64,000 nt of DNA from an uncultured Chlamydiae bacterium (GTDB lineage: Bacteria > Chlamydiota > Chlamydiia > Chlamydiales > Parachlamydiaceae), in NCBI GenBank assembly GCA_963754655.1, contig CAVWGN010000001.1, positions 2,272,001 to 2,336,000 of the forward strand, given 5' to 3'. The position numbers were made by a program, and so were the translations under genes. The notes under the pieces were generated by a model. The model saw only the letters and a program-made list of their open reading frames with translations. It did not search any database and was not told where the DNA came from. Below are positions 48,569-59,188 of the stretch, one piece after another (position 1 is the stretch's first letter; each line of letters starts with the position of its first letter).

Positions 48569-48923
48569 TAAAAAAAGTTAAAAAACAAACAAAACATTTA
48601 ATAATTATTGATTTTTAAATAAATTTACAATTATTATGAAATTATTTTAATAAGATTTAATAATAATGTCAATAAAAAAAATTTAGTTTGTGTTAGAACA
48701 AATTTTAGAGCATCGCTCAATTCTCCCTTTTGATTATTTCGTAGAGGCTTTTAAGAATTTTTTCGTCGGAGCGACTGAGTTTGATCACTCGAAGCCATAT
48801 CCTTTTCTAAACTATTTGTCAGCTATTATCAATGTGTCAATTTTTTTTGCTGTCAGATTAACAAAACATTGTATGGATAACCAGAGAAAGATATATAAGT
48901 AATAAAAAGAAGGAGCTCATCTC

Positions 48924-49400
48924 ATGTCCTCGGTCCTGAATTTTTTCCAGTCTGAGCATGTTCTCGCTCTTCTCATTGCCATTTTGATTTTCCTGACTAC
49001 TTTATTCTTAGTTGTTAAGCGTTGGATTGGTTTTTCTATCACCCTGCTGCTTCTTCTTTTCTCTTTAGTAGCAGGCCTTCTGATTAATCATCACCAAGAC
49101 TTTCAGCATTATCTTAGCTTCTCTTCTTCTCCCGTAAAAGAGGAAGTGACAACAGCAGATTTCCACAAACAAATGCAACAAGCCATGGAGGGTTTGAAAC
49201 TAGAGGTCGCCACTGAAAAAGAAAATTTGCGTCGTGTCATGACTCAAGTTCAAGAGATTTTCAATTCTATGGATATGCAAAAGCAGAAACTACAAAACTT
49301 CATAGACGAAGTGCGTGAACGATTCAAAACACATTATCCTACAGAACATCCTCCTTTATCTACACCCTCTACAGCCCCTCTTGCTGAAGCGGAAAGCTGA
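48924..49400 (+). CDS. Membrane protein with bilobed hydrophobic segment and coiled coil
   Basis: Two adjacent transmembrane segments followed by a helical region; RBS aggag. Confidence 0.65.
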   Translation: MSSVLNFFQSEHVLALLIAILIFLTTLFLVVKRWIGFSITLLLLLFSLVAGLLINHHQDFQHYLSFSSSPVKEEVTTADFHKQMQQAMEGLKLEVATEKENLRRVMTQVQEIFNSMDMQKQKLQNFIDEVRERFKTHYPTEHPPLSTPSTAPLAEAES

Positions 49401-49475
49401 TAGCATGGAAAATGGCAGCTTATAAATATCCATGTAAGATGTCCTTCGGGAACACTCAGGGTTTCTGATGAACAT

Positions 49476-50026
49476 CTAGTACTCAACCACATGAGTTTTT
49501 GCCTATTAGGGCGGTGCAAACCCTCGATGCATTAAGTTAAGAGTAGGCGCTAGGCTATACGCGACGCATTCAGTCGCCCGCCGCTTCGCTCCGGGCTCTA
49601 GGTAAGGGGATATGAACCCACCGTTCGGTCGCCCTCCGGGCTCGGTCACGGTGGGCTATGATCAGTCGTCCTCCGGACTCTAGCAGCATTATCAAAACGC
49701 CTTGACTAGCATTCTAGCAGCATTATCAAACGCCTTACCTAACATTCAATGGCTTTTACATTGCTGCTAGAGTCCGGAGGACGACTGATCATAGCCCACC
49801 GTGACCGAGCCTGGAGGGCGACCGAACGGTGGGTTCATATCCCCTTACCTAGAGCCCAGAGCGAAGCGGCGGGCGACTGAATGCGTCGCGTAGCCTAGCG
49901 CCCATCTCTTACCTTAACGCATAGGGATTTAAAAACATCTCGATAGGCAAAAACTCATGTGGTTGAGTCTAGTACTCAACCACATGAGTTTTTGCCTATT
50001 GGAACTGCTTGCAAACTTCCACGGCT
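49476..50026. mobile_element. Family C arms (three copies) enclosing a family B element
   Basis: ctagtactcaaccacatgagtttttgcctat at 49476, inverted copy ending at 49972, and a further copy from 49969 sharing the CTAG. Confidence 0.75.
49521..49926. mobile_element. Family B palindromic MITE, uninterrupted copy
   Basis: Inverted arms of about 165 bp (atgcattaagttaagag... / ...ctcttaccttaacgcat) around a loop shared with the 25-28 kb copy. Confidence 0.85.
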
Positions 50027-50162
50027 AACTCAACAAGAAAGAGAGTATCCTTCCATTGGCAAGAAGACTTGGCAAGCTTAATGACCTAACTTTTACGCCG
50101 TATGCAACTTTTATGTCGTTCTTTTGAGACGGCATAAAACTTGCACGCGCATAAATTTTTTA

Positions 50163-51194
50163 TTAATAACTATGAGGATCAATTTTTACTTTTCCGTGAA
50201 AGATATAGTAAACAGCCGTCGTATAAGCAATCACCAATGGAATGCCAATGACAGCCATTAAAAACAAAACTTCCAATGTCAATTTGGAAGAAGCCGAATT
50301 GTAAATGGTTAAACTAAGATTGTGGGGATCGTCGATTGAACGCACCACATTTGGATAAGTGCCAATGGCATACAAAGCCAGCAAGCATACCATGTTGAAA
50401 CAAGAAGAAGCAAAGGCGTGGGCATCCCGGCCACGATAAATTTCCCTAGGGATATTCGCAACAAGCAAGATATTAAAAATGGCAATGGCAAAAAAGATAG
50501 GACGATCGTGCAAGGCTTGGATCATATGAGGCATATAAATCAGTGTTGCCATAGTTGTCACTGCATAAATAATAATAAAAAAAATAATGCAAGGATTCGT
50601 CCAGCTGCGCATCTTATCGTGAAAATCCCCTTCGGTCTTCATTAAAATATAAATCGATCCATGCATAGCAAACAAAGAAAGCGTTAACAAGCCTACTAAA
50701 AAAGCATAAGGATTAAAAATTGTGTCAATTGTCCCTATAAATTCCTTGTTTGCATCTAATGGAATGCCTCGAATGAGATTGCCTATAATCATGCCCAATA
50801 TAAAGGAAATAAGGGTACTCCCCAAAAAAAAGACAATGTCCCAAGTCCAACGCCACCACTTCATCGGCTGCTTACTTCGAAATTCAATGGCGACGGCGCG
50901 AAAAATTAAACCGAATAAGAGCATCATGACAGGCATGTAAAATGCCGATAGCATCGTCGCATAAATATCCGGAAAACCTGCAAAGAGAGCTCCTCCAGCA
51001 GTCACTAGCCAGACTTCATTACCATCCCATACAGGCCCAATCGAATTAAGCATGACGCGGCGCTCTTGATCACCTTTGGCAAATAAATGCAGCATGCCAA
51101 CTCCCAGATCAAAGCCGTCCAAGATAGCATATCCAATAATCAGAATGACAAAAACTGTAAACCAGCCAAATTCTAAATCATAGATCGGTATCAT
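50163..51194 (-). CDS. cydB: Cytochrome bd ubiquinol oxidase subunit II
   Basis: LDGFDLGVG, IGPVWDGNEVWL and RAVAIEFR. Confidence 0.96.
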   Translation of the reverse strand: MIPIYDLEFGWFTVFVILIIGYAILDGFDLGVGMLHLFAKGDQERRVMLNSIGPVWDGNEVWLVTAGGALFAGFPDIYATMLSAFYMPVMMLLFGLIFRAVAIEFRSKQPMKWWRWTWDIVFFLGSTLISFILGMIIGNLIRGIPLDANKEFIGTIDTIFNPYAFLVGLLTLSLFAMHGSIYILMKTEGDFHDKMRSWTNPCIIFFIIIYAVTTMATLIYMPHMIQALHDRPIFFAIAIFNILLVANIPREIYRGRDAHAFASSCFNMVCLLALYAIGTYPNVVRSIDDPHNLSLTIYNSASSKLTLEVLFLMAVIGIPLVIAYTTAVYYIFHGKVKIDPHSY

Positions 51195-52572
51195 GCGCTT
51201 TCTCCCGCATTAGGTATTGAAGTCCATGATAGGGTGTCGAAGTATCGTCTCCAGCTTGTTCTGGTCCATGTTTTACTTTCTCATTCAGAAGATAAATAAA
51301 TAAGAAAAATAAGACGAGATAAACGACAGAAAACATGATAATAGAAGATAAGATTTGATTAGCTGTCACTGACTTAGAAAGGCCATCCGAGATACGCAAT
51401 AGTCCATATACAATCCAAGGATAGCGACCTGATTCAGCACAATACCATCCTGTTTGATTGCCAATTTGAGGCAAAACCACTGAAAAAACCAATGTCATTA
51501 AAAAATAAGGATGGGCTTCAAGACGTTTTTTAAACCAAAGATAGAGGCCTACAAGAGTTAAACAAAACATTACAGCCCACATCCCTAACATCAAACGATA
51601 AGCATTAAAAAGAACGGGAACATTCGGCCAATCGTCTTTGGGAATTTGATCTAAGCCTTTAATTTCCGCATCAAATGAACCAAATGATAAGAAGCTTAGC
51701 AGCTTGGGAATTTGAATGGCATACTCTAATTTTTCCTCCTTGGGATTGACAATCCCATAAATTGTTAAAGGCACACTCGATTCTGTTTTATAAAGAGCTT
51801 CTAAAGCTGCAAGCTTAGAGGGCTGATATTTGGCTACCACTTTGGCGCTTAGATCACCTACTACTAACTGTAAAATGCCAGAAATCAAAGCAACGAGTAA
51901 TCCAATGTACATGGAATTACGGGCGAAAATTAAATGCTTTTTTTTCAATAGATAATAAGCTGAAATGCTAATCACTAAAAATGCTCCAGCTAACCAACAC
52001 CCTAAAATCACATGAGCGAGTCGAATAGTTGACGACGGATTAAAAACCATTTCCCAAAAACTCGTGATTTCAGCGCGGGCTTGCACTCCCTCACCTACAA
52101 TGTGAAAACCTGTGGGAGTTTGCATCCAAGAATTAGCCACCACAATCCAAATAGCACTAAAATGAGCTCCTAGACATACCATCAAGCTAGAAAAAAAGTG
52201 CAGCTTTTTTCCAACCCGATTCCAACCAAAAATTAAAATTGCCAAAAAGCCCGATTCAAGAAAAAAGGCAAATACCCCTTCTGCCGCAAGTGCACTTCCA
52301 AATACATCTCCGACATAACGCGAATAAGTTGCCCAATTCGTTCCAAATTCAAATTCCATGACGATGCCTGTGGCCACTCCAATCGCAAAAGTTAAAGCAA
52401 AGACTTTGGTCCAAAATTGCGCCATTCGCAAATAAACGACATTGCTTGTTTTAAGATAAATGGCTTCCATAATGACCATGATTAAGCCAAGTCCAATGCT
52501 CAAAACAGGAAAAATGTAGTGAAACATAATGGTCAAAGCAAATTGAAAGCGCGCGAGCGTTAAGACGTCCAT
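51178..52572 (-). CDS. cydA: Cytochrome bd ubiquinol oxidase subunit I
   Basis: [37 protein letters not shown] and ESGRYPW. Confidence 0.96.
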   Translation of the reverse strand: MDVLTLARFQFALTIMFHYIFPVLSIGLGLIMVIMEAIYLKTSNVVYLRMAQFWTKVFALTFAIGVATGIVMEFEFGTNWATYSRYVGDVFGSALAAEGVFAFFLESGFLAILIFGWNRVGKKLHFFSSLMVCLGAHFSAIWIVVANSWMQTPTGFHIVGEGVQARAEITSFWEMVFNPSSTIRLAHVILGCWLAGAFLVISISAYYLLKKKHLIFARNSMYIGLLVALISGILQLVVGDLSAKVVAKYQPSKLAALEALYKTESSVPLTIYGIVNPKEEKLEYAIQIPKLLSFLSFGSFDAEIKGLDQIPKDDWPNVPVLFNAYRLMLGMWAVMFCLTLVGLYLWFKKRLEAHPYFLMTLVFSVVLPQIGNQTGWYCAESGRYPWIVYGLLRISDGLSKSVTANQILSSIIMFSVVYLVLFFLFIYLLNEKVKHGPEQAGDDTSTPYHGLQYLMREKAHDTDL

Positions 52573-52896
52573 ATGATTTCTAGCCAGAAGATTTGATTCA
52601 TTAATTTTTAAAACTCAACTTATATCAAACCCGAGAAATAAATTCATTAATTCAAGCTCAATCATGAGCCAGATTTTTGTGACGATCGTTTCGAAGTGAT
52701 ATTTCTTAATATTAATGAGAAATGATTGCTCAAAAGAAGACCATAAGTGAGCTTGAATTGATGAACTGATTGATAAGGATTAGAGTTAGGTAGCAAAAGT
52801 TCTAAAAGCCAAACTTAGAAAAATAGATTTTGAGAAAACTGCGCCTACGCCTTATCTAAAGAAAGAACTATTTTCCCAATATGACAGCCCTTTAGG

Positions 52897-53000
52897 CCAT
52901 ACGTATTAAGCTAAGAGATGAGCGTAGGCTACGCGCGACGCTTTCAGCCGCCACGCCGCTTCGCCTAATCTAGCACCCACTCTTAGCTTAATACGTATGG
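52897..53000. mobile_element. Short family B derivative inserted into a family A arm
   Basis: Perfect 21-bp TIR ccatacgtattaagctaagag; direct repeat ccctttagg on both sides (52888-52896 and 53001-53009). Confidence 0.8.
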
Positions 53001-53053
53001 CCCTTTAGGCCTAACGACAAAACCCTCAGCTAATTCAAAAACTTATCTTACTG

Positions 53054-53476
53054 CCCACATTCCTAGACCAGGAAGATAAGTTTTTTGAATTAGATAAGAG
53101 CTCTGTCGTTAGGCCTGAAGGGCCGTCATGTTACAGCCCAGGTCGAAGCGAAGCGGAGGCCTGGGTAAAATAAAAAAGAATCGAGTCCTGAAAGGACGGC
53201 ATACTCAAAGGAGTGATTTCGCTTCGCAAGGGAATGGAGGATTTTCTATCTCTACATTAGCTCTAGAAGGAGAAAAAAATATCTTGCTTCTCAAAAAGAA
53301 TACCGAATATTTGTGGGATTAATTTATGCCGTCCTTTCAGGAATCGATTCTTTTTTTTATTTTACCCAGGCCTCCGCTTCGCTTCGACCTGGGCTGTAAC
53401 ATGACGGCCCTTCAGGCCTAACGACAGAGCTCTTAACTAATTCAAAAAACTTATTCTCCTGGTCTAGGAATGTGGG
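53054..53476. mobile_element. Family A inverted pair enclosing an IS200-like/RAYT TnpA remnant
   Basis: Inverted arms of about 150 bp; spacer translates as ..DFASQGNGGFSIS..LLLKKNTEYLWD*. Confidence 0.75.
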
Positions 53477-53490
53477 TTACTGGTCTAGAC

Positions 53491-53811
53491 GGGTATGATT
53501 AAATCTGGGAGTTTATATTTTTTAGCAGATCGATACGAAATGGTAGGGCGGCGGTAGCTGCTTTCAGTGGGAAGCCCCGTATGAAGCGAGCTTGCGAGCG
53601 GAATGCGGGGTGTAGGCAAGATAGCATTGAGCTGCGGAAGCAGCGTAAGATCACTCACACCGCTTCCGTGGTTTATATTTATTGATGCCCACTCCGCATT
53701 CCACTCGCAAGCTCGCTTCATATGGGGCTTCCCACTGAAAGCGGCTACCGCCGCCCTACCATTTCGTATCGATCTGCTAAAAAATATAAACTCCCAGATT
53801 TAATCACACCC
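53491..53811. mobile_element. Palindromic MITE-like element, family D, copy 2
   Basis: Colinear with and highly similar to 2391-2706. Confidence 0.85.
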
Positions 53812-54092
53812 TTCTAGGAATATTATTTAAATTCTTCTAAATCAAAATGTTGGGATGTGTTATGCTATTTTTTATCTTTGCTACTTTTGACCTTTATTCT
53901 TATCTCTCTTACAAAACCTGGGAAAGATACGAAATCCAAAAATGAAATGGTTATTAATAAATTTTAATCAAAGACCTCCGCCATCTTTCAAGCTTGGACT
54001 TAAATCAGTGTCAATGAGCACATACTCGTGTAAACAATTATTAAATGTGTTAATTAAAAATAAATAAAATGATAATAATAAGGTAAATCATA

Positions 54093-56009
54093 ATGAATAT
54101 TCCAACTTCAAGTCTTCCTTTATGCACAGGTGTTGGATACAAGCGAAACTCCACTTGTATTCAACCTTTCCAACCTCCTCGTAAACGAATCAAACAAGAG
54201 ATTAACCCTCAGACAATCTCCTCTGCTTTTCCATTTTGGCAAGAATTATCAAACTATAAGGATATTATTCTAAAAATTAGTTCTTATCTTAGAATTAAAG
54301 ATTTACTCCATTTAGAAGCTACTCATAAAGCACAAGGCAATTATACTAAGGACTTTTGGATTCAAAAGAAAAAGGATTCTGTCCCTAATTGGGCAATGTG
54401 TGAAAAAGAGCCTCATCAAGATAAATGGAACGTCTGTTTAACTTCAGCACTTAAACGCTGCGTCAAAGAATTAGCAGCAAATTCCATGGGAATTAATGTG
54501 CCATTAGCCCAAAACATCTTTCTTTACTCTCAAGGACTTTTCAAAAGATTTCCCTTGTATGGATGTTATGTTAAAAGCGAAATAACTAAATTAGCTAATA
54601 ACTCCCCTAATATCTTAAATGAATTACAATCACAAAAAGATGAAATTTATCAGTTAGCTTTACAAAAAAAGGGAGGAGAATTAATTCTTCAAACTCTTTT
54701 TGAAATACACAATTATCTTTCTCAACCCAATGCACGATCCTATTATTTAATTAGCCAATATGCAACGGAGGCAATTAATCAAAAAGCTTATTGCATTAGC
54801 CTATTTGCTTTAAAACTATTCTATCAAAAAAATTCACACGCAAATTTAAATAATGATCAACGAAATCTATTAGAAGATTTAAGTCTACAGGCTGCTAAAA
54901 AAGGATATTTTTTGGCGTTAGATCTTTTGCTCTCTCACTATTCTCCAGCAGATGTCCAAAAGTTAATTGATCAAGGCTTGTGTTATGCTCCAGTGCTAGC
55001 TCAGCAGGCTGTTCAGTTTTTCTCTACACAGCAATGGAGACAAGCTGACGCGCTTTTAGTGGAGGCCATTGCTAAATATGGAAATAAAGTTCCAGCTAAG
55101 GTTTTAAATAATGCAGCTTACATTAAAATGCGCTTGAAGCAATATTCTGAAGCAGATGCTCTCTATGCCCAAGCAATTGTCAAGTATGGGCCTCAAGTTT
55201 CAGCTTATATTCTAGACAATGCCGCTTTCGTTAAAAAAGAATTGAAGCAATATTCTGAAGCAGATGCTCTCTATGCCCAAGCTATTGCCAAGTATGGGCC
55301 TCAAGTTCCAGCTTATGTTCTAAAATATTCCGCTTTCGTTAAAAAAGAATTGAAGCAATATTTTGAAGCAGATGCACTTTATGCCCAAGCAATTGCCAAG
55401 TATGGGCCTCAAGTTCCAGCTGATGTTCTAACCGATTCCGCTTTCGTTAAAAAAGAATTGAAGCAATACCCTGAAGCAGATGCTCTCTATGCCCAAGCAA
55501 TTGCCAAGTATGGGCCTCAAGTTCCAGCTGATGTTCTAACCAATTCCGCTTTCATTAAAATACAATTGAAGCAATATTCTGAAGGAGATGCTCTCTATGC
55601 TCAAGCAATTGCCAAGTATGGGCCTCAAGTTCCAGCTTATATTCTAGCTAATTCCGCTTTCGTTAAAAAAGAATTGAAGCAATATTTTGAAGCAGATGCA
55701 CTTTATGCCCCAGCAATTGCCAAGTATGGGGACCAAGTTCCAGCTTATGTTCTAGTCAATTCCGCTTTCGTTAAAAAAGAATTGAAGCAATACCCTGAAG
55801 CAGATGCTCTCCATGCCCAAGCAATTGCCAAGTATGGGGACCAAGTTCCAGCTTCTGTTCTAGCCAATTCCGCTTTCGTTAAACAAGAATTGAAGCAATA
55901 CCCTGAAGCAGATGCACTTTATGCCCAAGCAATTGCCAAGTATGGGCATCAAGTTCCAGCTGATGTTTTAGAGGCTGCAGCTCAAGTTAAACTTCAATTA
56001 AAAGAATAA
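54093..56009 (+). CDS. NLS-like, F-box-like and 36-aa TPR-like repeat protein 1 (8 repeats)
   Basis: PPRKRIK; DIILKISSYLRIKDLLHL; KQYSEADALYAQAIAKYGPQVPAYVLANSAFVKKEL-type repeats. Confidence 0.85.
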   Translation: MNIPTSSLPLCTGVGYKRNSTCIQPFQPPRKRIKQEINPQTISSAFPFWQELSNYKDIILKISSYLRIKDLLHLEATHKAQGNYTKDFWIQKKKDSVPNWAMCEKEPHQDKWNVCLTSALKRCVKELAANSMGINVPLAQNIFLYSQGLFKRFPLYGCYVKSEITKLANNSPNILNELQSQKDEIYQLALQKKGGELILQTLFEIHNYLSQPNARSYYLISQYATEAINQKAYCISLFALKLFYQKNSHANLNNDQRNLLEDLSLQAAKKGYFLALDLLLSHYSPADVQKLIDQGLCYAPVLAQQAVQFFSTQQWRQADALLVEAIAKYGNKVPAKVLNNAAYIKMRLKQYSEADALYAQAIVKYGPQVSAYILDNAAFVKKELKQYSEADALYAQAIAKYGPQVPAYVLKYSAFVKKELKQYFEADALYAQAIAKYGPQVPADVLTDSAFVKKELKQYPEADALYAQAIAKYGPQVPADVLTNSAFIKIQLKQYSEGDALYAQAIAKYGPQVPAYILANSAFVKKELKQYFEADALYAPAIAKYGDQVPAYVLVNSAFVKKELKQYPEADALHAQAIAKYGDQVPASVLANSAFVKQELKQYPEADALYAQAIAKYGHQVPADVLEAAAQVKLQLKE

Positions 56010-56478
56010 CCCGCAGGAGATCATCTTGTAATATGACGGCTCTTTAGGCCTTAGGCCATACCATCAACAAGTTAAGAGAGGGGCTTAGACTACGCAGCGA
56101 CTGAAGCGTCGTGTAGCCTAAACTCATCTGTTAGCTTGATGCGTATGACCCTTTAGGGCTAACTACAAAATCCTCAGCTAATTCAAAAACTTATCTTCCC
56201 GGCCTAGAAATGTGAGTTAAATTCTTCTAGATCAAAATGTTTGGATTTATTATGCTATTTTTTATCTTTGATACTTTTGGCCTTTATTCTTATCTTTCTT
56301 AAAAAAGTTGGGAAAGATATGAAATTCAAAATGAAGTAGTTATTAAGAAATTTTAATCGAAAGCCTCCTGCCATCAAGCTTGGACTTAAATCAGTCTCAA
56401 TGAGCACATCCTTATGTCCACAAGTACTAAATATATTAATTAAAAATAAAAAAAATGATAATAATAAGGTAAATCATA
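56010..56478. repeat. Conserved intergenic unit of the tandem array with a decayed A/B nested element (also 58723-59188 and 61754-62252)
   Basis: Near-identical spacers containing atgacggc.ctttaggcc..catac..aagttaagag..gcgtatg..aattcaaaaacttatctt, as at 52880-53050. Confidence 0.85.
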
Positions 56479-58722
56479 ATGAATATTCAAAGTTCGAGTC
56501 TTTCTTTATGTACAGGTGTGGGGCACAAACGAAACTCCAATTGTATTCAACCTTTCAAACCTCCTCGCAAGCGAATCAAACTAGAGGCCACCCCTCAGAA
56601 CAACTCCTCTGCTAATTTTCCATTTTGGCAAGAATTATCAAACTATAAGGATATTATTCTAAAAATTAGTTCTTATCTTAGAATTAAAGATTTACTCCAT
56701 TTAGAAGCTACTCATCAAGCACAAAGCAATTATACTAACGACTTTTGGACTCAAAAGAGAAAGGATTCTGTACCTAATTGGGCCATGTGTGAAAAAGAAC
56801 CTCATCAAGATAAATGGAACATCTGTTTAACTTCAGCACTTAAACGCTGCGTCAAAGAATTAGCAGCAAATCCCACGGGGATTAATGTGCCATTAGGCCA
56901 AAACATCTTTCTTTACTCTCAAGGACTTTTCAAAAGATTCCCATTGTATGGATGTTATGTTGAAAGCGAAATAGCTAAATTAGCTACTAGCTCTTCTAAT
57001 ACCTTAAACAAATTACAATCACAAAAAGATGAAATTTATCAGTTAGCTTTACAAAAAAAGGGAGGGGAATTAATTCTTCAAACTCTTTTTGAAATCCACA
57101 CTTATCTTTCTCAACCCAATGCACGATCCTATGATTTAATTAGCCAATATGCAAAAGAGGCAATTAATCAAAAAGCTTATTGCATTAGTCTATTTGCTTT
57201 AAAACTATTCTATCAAAAAACTTCACACGCAAATTTAAATCATGATCAACGAAATCTATTAGAAGATTTAAGTCTACAAGCTGCTAAAAAAGGATATTTT
57301 TTGGCGTTAGATCTTTTGCTATCTTACTATTCTCCAGCAGACGTCCAAAAGTTAATTGATCAAGGCTTGTGTTATGCTCCAGTGCTAGCCCACCATGCTG
57401 TTCAGTTTTTCTCTACGCAGCAATGGGGAAAAGCGGACGCTCTTTTAGTGCAGGCCATCGCTAAATATGGGAATAAAGTTCCATTTAAGGTTTTAGATAA
57501 TGCAGCTTACCTTAAAACGTACTTGAAGCAATATTCTGAAGCAGATGCTCTCTATACCCAAGCAATTGTCAAGTATGGGCCTCAAGTTCCAGCTTACATT
57601 CTAGACAATGCCGCTTTCGTTAAAAACGAATTGAAGCAATATTCTGAAGCAGATGCACTTTATACCCAAGCAATTGCCAAGTATGGGCCTCAAGTTCCAG
57701 ATTATGTTCTAGCAAATTCCGCTTTCATTAAAAAAGAATTGAAGCAATATTTTGAAGCAGATGCAATTTATGCCCAAGCAATTGTCAAGTATGGGCCTCA
57801 AGTTCCAGATGATGTTCTAGCAAATTCCGCTTTCGTTAAAAAAGAATTGAAGCAATATTCTGAAGCAGATGCTCTCTATGCCCAAACTATGGCCAAGTAT
57901 GGACCTCAAGTTCCAGCTCATGTTCTAGCCAATTCCGCTTTCGTTAAACAAGAATTGAAGCAATATTTTGAAGCAGATGCACTTTATGCCCAAGCAATTG
58001 CCAAGTATGGGCCTCAAGTTCCAGCTTCTGTTCTAGAAAATGTCGCTTTCGTTAAAAAAGAATTGAAGCAATGTTTTGAAGCAGATGCACTTTATGCCCA
58101 AGCAATTGCCAAGTATGAGCCTCAAGTTCCAGCTTCTGTTCTAGCCAATTCCGCTTTCATTAAAATACAATTGAAGCAATATTTTGAAGGAGATGCTCTC
58201 TATGCCCAAGCTTTTGCCAAGTATGGGCTTCAAGTTCCAGATTATGTTCTAGCAAATGTCGCTTTCGTTAAACTAAAATTGAAGCACTATTCTGAAGCAG
58301 ATGCTCTTTATGCCCAAGCTTTTGCCAAGTATGGACCTCAAGTTCCAGATTATGTTCTAAACAATGCCGCTTTCGTTAAAAAAGAATTGAAGCAATATTT
58401 TGAAGCGGATGCATTTTATGCCCAAGCAATTGCCAAGTATGGGGACCAAGTTCCAGCTTCTGTTCTAGCCCATTCCGCTTTCGTTAAAAAAGAATTGAAT
58501 CAATACCCTGAAGCAGATGATCTCTATGCCCAAGCAATTGCCAAGGATGGAGACCAAATTCCAGCTTATGTTCTAACCCATTCCGCTTTCGTTAAAAAAG
58601 AATTGAAGCAATACCCTGAAGCATATGCACTTTATGCCCAAGCAATTGCCAAGTATGGGCCTCAAGTTCCAGATGATGTTTTAGAGGCTGCAGCTCAAGT
58701 TAAACTTCAATTAAAAGAATAA
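56479..58722 (+). CDS. NLS-like, F-box-like and 36-aa TPR-like repeat protein 2 (11 repeats)
   Basis: Paralog of 54093 with three additional repeats. Confidence 0.85.
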   Translation: MNIQSSSLSLCTGVGHKRNSNCIQPFKPPRKRIKLEATPQNNSSANFPFWQELSNYKDIILKISSYLRIKDLLHLEATHQAQSNYTNDFWTQKRKDSVPNWAMCEKEPHQDKWNICLTSALKRCVKELAANPTGINVPLGQNIFLYSQGLFKRFPLYGCYVESEIAKLATSSSNTLNKLQSQKDEIYQLALQKKGGELILQTLFEIHTYLSQPNARSYDLISQYAKEAINQKAYCISLFALKLFYQKTSHANLNHDQRNLLEDLSLQAAKKGYFLALDLLLSYYSPADVQKLIDQGLCYAPVLAHHAVQFFSTQQWGKADALLVQAIAKYGNKVPFKVLDNAAYLKTYLKQYSEADALYTQAIVKYGPQVPAYILDNAAFVKNELKQYSEADALYTQAIAKYGPQVPDYVLANSAFIKKELKQYFEADAIYAQAIVKYGPQVPDDVLANSAFVKKELKQYSEADALYAQTMAKYGPQVPAHVLANSAFVKQELKQYFEADALYAQAIAKYGPQVPASVLENVAFVKKELKQCFEADALYAQAIAKYEPQVPASVLANSAFIKIQLKQYFEGDALYAQAFAKYGLQVPDYVLANVAFVKLKLKHYSEADALYAQAFAKYGPQVPDYVLNNAAFVKKELKQYFEADAFYAQAIAKYGDQVPASVLAHSAFVKKELNQYPEADDLYAQAIAKDGDQIPAYVLTHSAFVKKELKQYPEAYALYAQAIAKYGPQVPDDVLEAAAQVKLQLKE

Positions 58723-59188
58723 CCCGCAGGAGATCATCTTGTAATATGACGGCCCTTTAGGCCTTAGGCCATACCATCAACAAGTTAAGAGAGGGGCTTA
58801 GACTACGCGGCGACTGAAGCGTTGTGTAGCCTAAACCCATCTGTTAGCTTAATGCTATGACCTTTAGGCCTAACTACAAATCCTCAGCTAATTCAAAAAC
58901 TTACCTTCCGGTCCTAGAAATGTGAGTTAAATTCTTCTAGATCAAAATGTTTGGATTTATTATGCTATTTTTTATCTTTGATACTTTTGGCCTTTATTCT
59001 TGTCTTTCTTACAAAAGTTGGGAAAGATATGAAATTCAAAATGAAGTAGTTATTAAGAAATTTTAATCAAAAGCCTCCTGCCATCAAGCCTGGACTTAAA
59101 TCAGTCTCAATGAGCACATACTTATATCACCAACTATTAAATGTATTAATTAAAAATAAAGAAAATGATAATAATAAGGTAAATCATA

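Noticed and set aside
3484..51000. Numerous 60-120-aa ORFs overlapping recognised genes, plus 36773-36961 and 48690-48902
   Set aside because: Alternate-frame or antisense shadows, or AT-rich intergenic ORFs without motif or RBS support.
53009..53114. attC-like site (gcctaac ... gttaggc), suggesting an integron cassette array for the tandem genes
   Set aside because: The motifs are parts of the family A arms, there is no integrase in the window, and the downstream spacers lack the matching gttaggc.
53128..53322. 64-aa ORF as a functional gene
   Set aside because: Its start lies in a repeat arm; only the 3' half resembles a TnpA fragment and the HUH catalytic region is missing.
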